DNA of 31,961 nt from a virus (IMGVR_UViG_3300037991_000533:1-31961); one strand, 5' to 3'; counted from the stretch's first letter, positions 16,917 through 24,998 are shown. A program made the numbers and translations. Notes: a model not told the origin generated them from the letters alone.

Positions 16917-19167
16917 TTTTATAATAGAAAAAGTATTACCAATTAAATTTAAAGTTTGGTTATTGGACAGACTTGCATGTGATATTGCCAATCAAGGTGA
17001 AGATGGTGATACTGAACTTGCACATATAAATTCATATGAAGCTAAACTACTAAGGTCAGTTGGTGGTTCAGGTACTATTAATAAAACTACAGGACTTAAA
17101 CAATATAAAGGTGGTGGTGGTGGTTCACCAGCTCCTGCAGCTACATCTACAGTTGTAGAAAAAGCAGAGTTTCCTCCTGAACTCAGACCATTTATTACTG
17201 ACATACTTGAGAAAGCTCAAGCTCAAGAACAGGCAAGATTAGCAGCAGGTTACCCAGTATACCCTGGTCCACGTATCGCCCAGTTTACTCCTGAAGAAAG
17301 AGCAGCTCAAGCAGGTATAGTTAGTTTGGTAGGTTCACAAGAACCAACATTTGACATAGCTAAAGGTTTAACTGCAGCTAGTGCATTAGAAGATACTTCA
17401 GGTGCAATACAACAACGTATGTCTCCTTATATGCAGAATGTTGTAGACATACAAAAGAGAGAAGCTGAACGTGGTGCTGAAGCACGAAGACAACAACTAG
17501 CTGCTCAAGGTGTTGCTGCAGGTGGTTTTGGTGGTTCACGAGAAGCATTAATGCAGTCTGAGTTAGAAAGAAATTTACAACAACAATTAGGTGATATACA
17601 GGCGACAGGTTCACAAGCAGCATTTCAACAAGCACAACAAGGTCTTGCTAATCTAAGACAAAGACAGGCACAAGCAGGTCAACAGATGGCAGGTATGGCT
17701 CCAATACAATCAGGTGTACAATTTAAAGAACTTGGTGCACTTGCAGGTATAGGTGAACAGAATAGACAACAACAACAAAAAGCATTAGACTTAGGATTCC
17801 AACAGTTTAGAGAAGAACAAACTTATCCTGAAGCTAGTTTACAACAATATCAATCTATCATTCGTGGGTTCCCACTACAACCAACAACTACACAAACTCA
17901 GCAATCAATACTACCTACACCTTCATTAGGACAACAACTAATAGGTATGGGTACTGGTGCATTAGGTCTAGCAGGTGCAGCTAAAACTTTATTTAAAGAA
18001 GGTGGACCACTTAAACCAATACCTGAAGGTAATAAAGGTTTATCTAAATTACCTACAGATGTAAGAAATAAAATGGGTTTTATGAAATCAGGTAAGAGAC
18101 CAAAGATAACTAAAAAACAAAATAAGATGTACAAAGAAATGTTGTACGCAATGTTATCAGATGGTAAAAGAAAAGACATGAATGGTGACATAAGTGAGAT
18201 AGCTGACATCATGAAAGAAAAAGGTATTGCTACATTATCTCAAGATGGTGGTGTTGTTAAGTTAAAAGATTCATTTGGAACTATAGGTAGTAATATGCCT
18301 TTTGATACTAGTATGTATTCACCATCTAAAGAGGAAAAAGAATTACAAAAGAGAAGACTTGAGTTAATTGAAGAGGTAGGACAAGATATTATAAAGAGTC
18401 CTGAAGAGATTGCTAAAGAACAAGATGAAGCTAAACAATCTTCTAAGTTACAAGCTTATATACAACTTGCACAATTAGGTGGAGATGTGTTAGCTGCTGA
18501 CCCAAGTAGAGGTACATTAGCTGCAGTTGGTCAAGCAGTATCTAAAGCTGGTCCAGAATTTGCAAAGATTGCTGAAGATTATAAAAAAATTGGTAGAGGT
18601 GAAAAAGAAAAAAGAACTAAAGAAAAATTACAACAACTAGAATTATTGGATAAAAAATCTGAAGCCATGAAAGAAACAAGAATGGAAGACTTAGCTATTC
18701 AAAAAACTATTTCTGAGATTCAAGAAAATTTATTAACTGCTGCAAGTCAAGGTGGTTATACTACTGCTAAACAACAAGATGATATTCTTGCAGGTGGTAA
18801 ACAAATGTTTAAATTAGCAGGTGAAGAATTAGGTTTTGAATATGATGAAGCAACTAAACAATTTGTTAATATACCTGGTATAACAACAAAAGGAACTAAA
18901 GCAGATGCTACTGATTTAGCTGCAGAAGCATCAAGAATATATGCAGATGGAATTAGAAATCGTCAGTTAGTAGATGCTATAGATATATTCCAAAAAGTTG
19001 CTAGAAGAAAATATCCTAAAAATGTTACACCTCCAGCAGGTGGTACTGGTGGTACTGGAACAGGTACTGGTGGTACTGGTGGTACTGGTGGTACTGGGAC
19101 AGGTACTGGGGGAGCTATGAGTATATTAAATCAGTTAAACCCAACTCCTCAAAATAAAATTCCATAG
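16891..19167 (+). CDS. DNA transfer / ejection protein (start revised from 16792)
   Basis: AAGGA RBS before ATG 16891; Gln/Ala-rich helices, MSPYMQNVVD and AGGFGGSR motifs of podovirus DNA-transfer proteins. Confidence 0.7.
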   Translation: MSYLKKISDFIIEKVLPIKFKVWLLDRLACDIANQGEDGDTELAHINSYEAKLLRSVGGSGTINKTTGLKQYKGGGGGSPAPAATSTVVEKAEFPPELRPFITDILEKAQAQEQARLAAGYPVYPGPRIAQFTPEERAAQAGIVSLVGSQEPTFDIAKGLTAASALEDTSGAIQQRMSPYMQNVVDIQKREAERGAEARRQQLAAQGVAAGGFGGSREALMQSELERNLQQQLGDIQATGSQAAFQQAQQGLANLRQRQAQAGQQMAGMAPIQSGVQFKELGALAGIGEQNRQQQQKALDLGFQQFREEQTYPEASLQQYQSIIRGFPLQPTTTQTQQSILPTPSLGQQLIGMGTGALGLAGAAKTLFKEGGPLKPIPEGNKGLSKLPTDVRNKMGFMKSGKRPKITKKQNKMYKEMLYAMLSDGKRKDMNGDISEIADIMKEKGIATLSQDGGVVKLKDSFGTIGSNMPFDTSMYSPSKEEKELQKRRLELIEEVGQDIIKSPEEIAKEQDEAKQSSKLQAYIQLAQLGGDVLAADPSRGTLAAVGQAVSKAGPEFAKIAEDYKKIGRGEKEKRTKEKLQQLELLDKKSEAMKETRMEDLAIQKTISEIQENLLTAASQGGYTTAKQQDDILAGGKQMFKLAGEELGFEYDEATKQFVNIPGITTKGTKADATDLAAEASRIYADGIRNRQLVDAIDIFQKVARRKYPKNVTPPAGGTGGTGTGTGGTGGTGGTGTGTGGAMSILNQLNPTPQNKIP
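19039..19113 (+). repeat. GGT/GT low-complexity coding repeat (GGTGGTACT units)
   Basis: Encodes GGTGGTGTGTGGTGGTGGTGTGTGG near the protein C-terminus. Confidence 0.9.
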
Positions 19168-19179
19168 GTAAATGTTAAT

Positions 19180-22100
19180 ATGGCACTTAATATTAATACA
19201 GAAGAGTTTAGAAATACAGCAAAAGAATTAGATGACCTTGCTAATCAAGGCACATTAAATAAAGATAGTGCTCAAAAAATAATAACTAATAAGGGTTTTA
19301 ATACTGAAGAATTTATAGAGGGATATAAAAAACTTAATGAAATGTCTCCAGAAGAAAGAGATAAAGCATCTGAATTAACTGGTATAGGAATTATAGATGT
19401 ACCTGCTAGACTTGTGGGTAGAGCATTGGGTGAAACTGGTAGAGGTATAGCTGATATATCTCAAGCTATTGCTCCTAAATTTAGTAAAGAAGTTGCTGAG
19501 ATTGGAAATAAAATAGGAGCTATTGTTCCTGAAGAAGTAAAAGATTTTGCTGATGAAATATTTGACCCTTATCATGGGTCAGGTGTTTATGGTGAAGGTG
19601 AGGAAATGGTAGGTAACGTATTGTCCTATTTTGTCCCTGCCACAGGTATACTTAAAGCTACTAAAGGTGTTTCAAGTTTAGCTAAAAATAGTAATACTAT
19701 TAGAAGTGCTCTAACTAGAACTAAAAGAACTCTTGGTAGAAAGGGTAGAAAAGGTGCACGTATCGCAGGTTATGGTGGGGTTGGTGCAGCTTCAGCAACA
19801 ATTATTGAAGACCCTGCTGAAAATACAATTAATATTCTTAGAGAACAATTCCCTGAATCAACACAATATTTAGATAGATTTGCTATTAATCCTGAAGATA
19901 GTGAAGCTAAACAATACCTTCAATCCTTTATAAATAATTTAGGATTAGAAGCTGCTTTGTTTGGTGGTTTAGCAGGTCTTGCAAAAACATGGAATAAAAC
20001 TAAAAATATAAGAAGAAAATATATTACACAACCTTTAAAGTTAGATAAATTTTTAACTGGCTTTTCTTCAAGACGAGGTATGTCTGATGACCACTTAGCT
20101 AAGTTTATTAAGAGAGATGCAGCAGCTAAAAATTCTTTAGAGTCAGCTATTGAAGATTCTAAACAACTTGAGAAAGCTATGAAGTCTTCTAAGTTTACTT
20201 CAAAAGAAAATGTAGATTTAGTTAATGATGCCTTACAAGGTAACTCTATTGCATTAGATGCTTTACCTGAAAATGTTAAAGGTATTGTTAATAGTATGAG
20301 AGACAAGATAGATAATCTTTCAGGTTTCTTTTTAGAAAATAATAGAACATCTGGTTCTTTATCTGCAACTATAGATGAAAATTTAGGTGCATACATAACT
20401 AGAAGTTATGAGATGTTTGACAATCCTGAGTATTATGATAAGATTCAAAAAGCTATAAAAAAGAATAGACCAAACATAGAAGCAGGACAACTGGTTAGTA
20501 TAACTGATGAAGCAGTTAAAAATATGTCAGACTATTTAATAAATGATTTAAAGTTACAACCTCGTAAAGCTGCACAGGCATTGGATGAATTAATGGCAGA
20601 CTATGCAGAAAAAACAGGAAGAGGTGAACAGTTTGATATAGGTGAATTTTTATTCTCATTAGGTAACTCAGCAAAAAAAGCTTCAGGAACAACTAAAGCA
20701 TTTCAAAAAAGAGAAATATTACCAAATAAAATAAAAGCTTTTTTAGGAGAAGTAAAAGACCCTGGAATTAATTATGTTAATGCTTATCAAAAACTTGCAG
20801 TATATAAAGCTGAAACTGAATTTTTAGAAGAACTTGCTGATGATTTAATTAAGAGTGGTGCAGCTAAAAGAGTAAATGCTAAAACAGGTGAATTACCTGA
20901 TTCACTTGATAGGACTACAATGGCAAGAGCAGGTGATGTAGCAGCAGAAAGATTAGGTAAAGTATTTGGTAGAGGTGTTGTTTCTTCAGGTAAAATAAGA
21001 AATCCTTTTGATAGTTTATATGTTGATAAGAATTATGTTGATACACTTAAACAAGGACTAGATGCTATTGACCCAAGTAAAAGTAAAATATTTGATGCTT
21101 ATGTAAGATTAAAAGTTGCAACTCAAATGGGTAAAACTGTTTACAATCCTGGAACTCATGCTATAAACGTATTAGGTAATGGTATGTTTATGATTTCAAA
21201 TGGGTTTGTTCCAGGTGCTAGTGGTTTAAAAGATGCAGGTGAATTTGTAATATCTAAATTCACTGGATTAAAGAATGAAGATTTAACAAAAAGATTTAAT
21301 AAATATAGAGAACTTGGTATAACTGGAACAGACCTTGCACTTGAAACTATAAGAACTAATTTAGATAGAATATCTAGTAGACCTGAAAAGTATTTTAAGA
21401 AAACATTTAAACCTTTAGATGTGATAAAAAAACCTATTGGTTTTATACATAATAAAATAAAAGATGCTTACCAATTAGAAGATGATGTATTTAAAATAAT
21501 GCATTTTGAAAATACAAAAGATTATTTAAGAAAAGCTTATACCAATATAAGTGAAGAAAACTTAGATAAAATGGCAGCACAGAGAACTAGAGATTTATTA
21601 CCTAATTATAAAATAGCTCCTAAGAATATTAAAAAATTAAGAACTATGCCCTTTGGGGATTTTGCTACGTTTGCAACTGAATCTGCTAGAGTTGCTAAAA
21701 ATTTAATTAAATACACAGTTCAAGATGCTTTAAGTGGGAATGAAGCATTAACAAAAATGGCAGCTAGAAGATTAGCAGGTATGACTGTTGCAGGTTTAGG
21801 TGCAGAAGCATTACATAATAAATCTAAAATGATGTTTGGTATTTCAGATGACCAAGAAGAAGCATTAAATACAATAGCTGAACCTTGGGAGTATGGTGTA
21901 CCTCAAATATATTTAAGTGGTGTAGAAAAACAAGGTGGTAAAAATGTAGTTAAAAGTGTATCAACAGGTAGACTTGACCCTTTTATATTTCCAAAGATGA
22001 CTGCAAAGTTTTTACACAGAATATTTAATGACCCTAAGTTTACACCTGAAAGATTAGCTAATATAAAAAATGACCCTGAGTTAGCTAAGTTTGCTATATC

Positions 22101-22902
22101 AATGTATGACCAAACTTTATCACCTTTCATTGGAACTTCAATAGCTACTGATGCTCTATTAGATGCTGTGGCAGGTGTTAGAGGTAAAGGAGATGTTGAC
22201 TATGCAGAAACTGCTTTAAAGTTTCTTGAAGGAACTATATCACCAAGTCTAGTTCAGTTTTTAAAAAATAGAAAAAAATATGAGATTGAAGCTCAAAGAA
22301 AAGAACCAGGTTTAAGAGATAAAGGTTATCCAAGTAATGCTTTATTTTCTGAGAGAACTAAAGGTGTTCCAGGTGAAGCTGATTGGGCAGCATTAACAGG
22401 ATTTAAAACAAGATTAGTAGATATTGATTCTACAATTCCTTATAACTTACAATATAAATTAAGTGATTTAGAAAGAAATAATGAAGTATCAGATTTAATA
22501 AAAAAGAAAACAAAAAGAAAATTTAATCTTAAAAAATATTTAACAGAAGGTAATTTACAAATAAATAAACAAGATATAATTGATGCTAAGATAAGAGATG
22601 AAAAAAGAAAGATAAGAAAAGAAAGAGAGATACGAATGTATCTTAAAAAATATAAAGACTTAGGGTTAAGTATAAATGACATAATAAGAATAATGAAAAT
22701 AAAACCAGGGACAAAAGTTGGTAATAGATTATTAAGAGATATTATCTTAATAGATAGAAATAAACACATGCCTATACTAGAATCAGGTTCAAAAACTGAT
22801 GTAGAAAATTATATTAGAATACTTCAAGAAGAAGGAGTTGAAAATCCTTTTCCTGATTTAATGGAAATAAATAATAAAATAATAAATAAGGAAATAGAAT
22901 GA
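19180..22902 (+). CDS. Large internal virion / ejection protein
   Basis: 1240 aa, helical; YITRSYEMF, KTVYNPGTH..N..GN, YQLEDDVFK, PNY, PFGDFATF..ES.R motifs; last large gene of the virion module. Confidence 0.65.
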   Translation: MALNINTEEFRNTAKELDDLANQGTLNKDSAQKIITNKGFNTEEFIEGYKKLNEMSPEERDKASELTGIGIIDVPARLVGRALGETGRGIADISQAIAPKFSKEVAEIGNKIGAIVPEEVKDFADEIFDPYHGSGVYGEGEEMVGNVLSYFVPATGILKATKGVSSLAKNSNTIRSALTRTKRTLGRKGRKGARIAGYGGVGAASATIIEDPAENTINILREQFPESTQYLDRFAINPEDSEAKQYLQSFINNLGLEAALFGGLAGLAKTWNKTKNIRRKYITQPLKLDKFLTGFSSRRGMSDDHLAKFIKRDAAAKNSLESAIEDSKQLEKAMKSSKFTSKENVDLVNDALQGNSIALDALPENVKGIVNSMRDKIDNLSGFFLENNRTSGSLSATIDENLGAYITRSYEMFDNPEYYDKIQKAIKKNRPNIEAGQLVSITDEAVKNMSDYLINDLKLQPRKAAQALDELMADYAEKTGRGEQFDIGEFLFSLGNSAKKASGTTKAFQKREILPNKIKAFLGEVKDPGINYVNAYQKLAVYKAETEFLEELADDLIKSGAAKRVNAKTGELPDSLDRTTMARAGDVAAERLGKVFGRGVVSSGKIRNPFDSLYVDKNYVDTLKQGLDAIDPSKSKIFDAYVRLKVATQMGKTVYNPGTHAINVLGNGMFMISNGFVPGASGLKDAGEFVISKFTGLKNEDLTKRFNKYRELGITGTDLALETIRTNLDRISSRPEKYFKKTFKPLDVIKKPIGFIHNKIKDAYQLEDDVFKIMHFENTKDYLRKAYTNISEENLDKMAAQRTRDLLPNYKIAPKNIKKLRTMPFGDFATFATESARVAKNLIKYTVQDALSGNEALTKMAARRLAGMTVAGLGAEALHNKSKMMFGISDDQEEALNTIAEPWEYGVPQIYLSGVEKQGGKNVVKSVSTGRLDPFIFPKMTAKFLHRIFNDPKFTPERLANIKNDPELAKFAISMYDQTLSPFIGTSIATDALLDAVAGVRGKGDVDYAETALKFLEGTISPSLVQFLKNRKKYEIEAQRKEPGLRDKGYPSNALFSERTKGVPGEADWAALTGFKTRLVDIDSTIPYNLQYKLSDLERNNEVSDLIKKKTKRKFNLKKYLTEGNLQINKQDIIDAKIRDEKRKIRKEREIRMYLKKYKDLGLSINDIIRIMKIKPGTKVGNRLLRDIILIDRNKHMPILESGSKTDVENYIRILQEEGVENPFPDLMEINNKIINKEIE

Positions 22903-23132
22903 ACAGTAGAGATTCATTAGAAGCACGACTAGCTGCACTTGAAGCACGTAATGAAGAGCAACACAAAGAGGTTGCCAATAAACTAGAAGTTGCTTTTCAA
23001 TTAATTAATAAACAAACAGAGATTATATCAGGACTCAGGGCAGACTTAGCTAGAGGTTCAGGTGCCATTAAGATGTTGTTTATTGTAGGTGCTGCATTAG
23101 GTTTAATATATACATGGATTAAAATGATATGA
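22899..23132 (+). CDS. Coiled-coil protein with C-terminal TM helix (XhlA/holin-like)
   Basis: RLAALEAR..E N-terminus, hydrophobic MLFIVGAALGLIYTWI; ATGA overlap with upstream gene. Confidence 0.5.
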   Translation: MNSRDSLEARLAALEARNEEQHKEVANKLEVAFQLINKQTEIISGLRADLARGSGAIKMLFIVGAALGLIYTWIKMI

Positions 23133-23341
23133 TGTGGTGGACAAAACTTAAAAAAAAATTTTCAGATGCAGATAATATTATTGACTTTAGTGTTGATGTA
23201 CTTATCATTATATTTGACGTAATGACTACACCATTACTAATACCTATACGAATAGGTAGATATTATATTAAAGGTTTTTTTAAATCAATGTGTAAGAGAT
23301 TTCTAAAGAAAACTTATCATAGGTTGTATGATAAAGAATGA
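23129..23341 (+). CDS. Small hypothetical membrane-associated protein
   Basis: 70 aa with hydrophobic core and basic tail; ATGA overlaps on both sides. Confidence 0.55.
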   Translation: MMWWTKLKKKFSDADNIIDFSVDVLIIIFDVMTTPLLIPIRIGRYYIKGFFKSMCKRFLKKTYHRLYDKE

Positions 23342-23661
23342 CGTTAGTAAACTTAACAGATAAAGCAAAAGAACATCTAAAAAATCTTGCTAAAGACCAC
23401 GACAAAAAATATGTTCGTTTAGAAGTTAAAGGTGGTGGATGTGCAGGTTTTAGATATGACTGGTCATTTGATAACTACATACAAGATAGTGATGACTTTA
23501 TAGAGTTTGAAGGTTTTACTTTATTAATTGATAAATCAAGTTTACTTTATTTAATGGGAATGACTATTGAATATAAGAAAGAAATATTTGGTAGCTTCTT
23601 AGAACTAAAGAATCCTAATGCAACAAGTAGTTGTGGTTGTGGAGAAAGTTTTGGAGTATGA
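23338..23661 (+). CDS. iscA: A-type Fe-S cluster carrier (IscA/SufA/HesB family)
   Basis: LTDKA, VKGGGCAGFRY and NPNATSSCGCGESF with all three Cys; subfamily (IscA vs SufA/ErpA) not resolvable by eye. Confidence 0.93.
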   Translation: MTLVNLTDKAKEHLKNLAKDHDKKYVRLEVKGGGCAGFRYDWSFDNYIQDSDDFIEFEGFTLLIDKSSLLYLMGMTIEYKKEIFGSFLELKNPNATSSCGCGESFGV

Positions 23662-24053
23662 CATATAGTAAAAAATTATTAGACCATTATGAAAACCCAA
23701 GAAATGTAGGGTCAATGGATAAAGAAAATAAAGATGTAGGTACAGGTTTAGTAGGAGCACCTGCCTGTGGTGACGTTATGAAGCTACAAATTAAAGTAGG
23801 TGATGAGGGTGTTATAGAAGATGCTAAGTTTAAAACATTTGGATGTGGTTCAGCTATTGCTTCTAGCTCGTTAATAACTGAATGGGTTAAGGGTAAGAAG
23901 ATTGATGAAGCGAATAAGATAAAGAACACAGAGATAGCTAATCATTTAGCTTTACCTCCAGTAAAGATTCATTGTTCTGTGTTAGCAGAAGATGCAATCA
24001 AAGCTGCAATATCAAATTATAAGGAAAAGAATGAGAGTAAAAACTTACTGTAG
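23658..24053 (+). CDS. iscU: Fe-S cluster scaffold protein IscU (start revised from 23631)
   Basis: YSKKLLDHYENPRNVGS, GAPACGDVM, KTFGCGSAIASSS, LPPVKIHCSVLAEDA; GGAG RBS and ATGA overlap at 23658. Confidence 0.97.
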   Translation: MTYSKKLLDHYENPRNVGSMDKENKDVGTGLVGAPACGDVMKLQIKVGDEGVIEDAKFKTFGCGSAIASSSLITEWVKGKKIDEANKIKNTEIANHLALPPVKIHCSVLAEDAIKAAISNYKEKNESKNLL

Positions 24054-24156
24054 AATAATTATATTTTTATTTATAGTGGAGATATTTATGCACATTGCTG
24101 AAATAGGCTTTGATGTAGAAGCACATTATAATTGGACAAGTATATTATATAAGTAG
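24031..24156 (+). CDS. 41-aa predicted membrane peptide (not in ORF track)
   Basis: AAGGA RBS at 24021-24025; MRVKTYCRIIIFLFIVEIFMHIAEIGFDVEAHYNWTSILYK*; fills the gap before the terminator. Confidence 0.55.
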   Translation: MRVKTYCRIIIFLFIVEIFMHIAEIGFDVEAHYNWTSILYK

Positions 24157-24175
24157 CCAACTGTGAAAATTGGAC

Positions 24176-24217
24176 AAAAAAATACCCCTAGTTATTAAGT
24201 TAGCTAGGGGTTTTTTA
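24176..24217. terminator. Bidirectional intrinsic terminator between the convergent arms
   Basis: A7-T-ACCCCTAGTTA-TTAAGT-TAGCTAGGGGT-T-run: GC-rich stem with an A-tract before and a T-tract after. Confidence 0.9.
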
Positions 24218-24218
24218 T

Positions 24219-24434
24219 TTACTTATCAGATTTATTTTCAATAGTAAGTGTAGACATTTCATCTTTCACTTCTTTTATTTCATTTTCATAATGCTCTTTT
24301 TGTTCTTCAAGATAATCTAATCTAGCTTGTAACTTTTTTTGTTGAGCTTCTTGATACATCTTTTCAGATACGACCATTACTTTTGGTCTCATTAAATCAA
24401 AATGATTATAGAACATGTTGTCCAATAACATCAT
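24219..24434 (-). CDS. Small coiled-coil hypothetical protein
   Basis: 71 aa, AAGGAG RBS; aromatic N-terminus LLDNMFYNHFD, RPKVMVVSE, then charged coiled coil. Confidence 0.7.
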   Translation of the reverse strand: MMLLDNMFYNHFDLMRPKVMVVSEKMYQEAQQKKLQARLDYLEEQKEHYENEIKEVKDEMSTLTIENKSDK

Positions 24435-24454
24435 AGTATTTCTCCTTTTAGTTT

Positions 24455-24529
24455 ATTATCCCTTAATAGGCAATAATGTTTTTATTAACTAGGTTTAAGC
24501 CATACCTTTTAAAGCATATGGCTTATACC
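24455..24529 (-). promoter_or_regulatory. Tandem hairpins with matching UG/G internal loops (candidate cis-regulatory RNA)
   Basis: UAAGCCAUA-UG-CUU-UAA-AAG-G-UAUGGCUUA and AUUAU-UG-CCU-AUUA-AGG-G-AUAAU on the - strand transcript. Confidence 0.55.
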
Positions 24530-24544
24530 AAAAAAATAATGCTA

Positions 24545-24625
24545 TTACTTTTCAGCACAAGCATATGAATTAATTTCTAAACCTACAGAAATTTCTGTTG
24601 CAACAGGTTTTGTCCATTGTTTCAT
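24545..24625 (-). CDS. pqqA: PQQ precursor peptide PqqA (not in ORF track)
   Basis: MKQWTKPVATEISVGLEINSYACAEK*; W-x-x-P leader and G-x-E-x-x-x-Y core; AAGGAG RBS; tandem TAA TAG stops. Confidence 0.88.
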   Translation of the reverse strand: MKQWTKPVATEISVGLEINSYACAEK

Positions 24626-24626
24626 A

Positions 24627-24998
24627 TTATTTCTCCTTCCATGTTTTAATTCCTTTCTCAGCACCTCTACTTATGATATAGCCACCAATACCAATCTGTA
24701 ATAAATCAAACAGTTTCATAATAACTGCATCTGATAAATTCTCAGGATGTATTCCAAACCAATACATAAATAAAAGTAACAAGAAAGATACCATAGTCAA
24801 TGGTCTCCAATTACGTTGTAACCAACCTTCACCTTTAGCTTCAGCAACCACTACAGATGCAGCAGCTTTTTCTATGTCTGCTGAGTGCGTAACTAGTGCT
24901 TTGTTTAATTCTGATTGAGCCTTTGCTTGAGCAGCTTTATCAGGAATTATTCTATCAATTACTTTACCTAATATAGGTGCAATCATTGGTAATAACAT
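24627..24998 (-). CDS. Holin, GTA 3-TM family
   Basis: IDRIIPD, AEAKGEGWLQRNWRP, IGIGGYIISRGAEK family motifs. Confidence 0.85.
   Translation of the reverse strand: MLLPMIAPILGKVIDRIIPDKAAQAKAQSELNKALVTHSADIEKAAASVVVAEAKGEGWLQRNWRPLTMVSFLLLLFMYWFGIHPENLSDAVIMKLFDLLQIGIGGYIISRGAEKGIKTWKEK

Noticed and set aside
23631-23657. N-terminal extension of IscU (MWLWRKFWS)
   Set aside because: TTG start inside iscA; ATG 23658 matches the canonical IscU start and has an RBS and ATGA coupling
24492-24529. Hairpin after pqqA as an intrinsic terminator
   Set aside because: The U-run precedes the stem on the - strand and an A-run follows it on the + strand; wrong geometry either way
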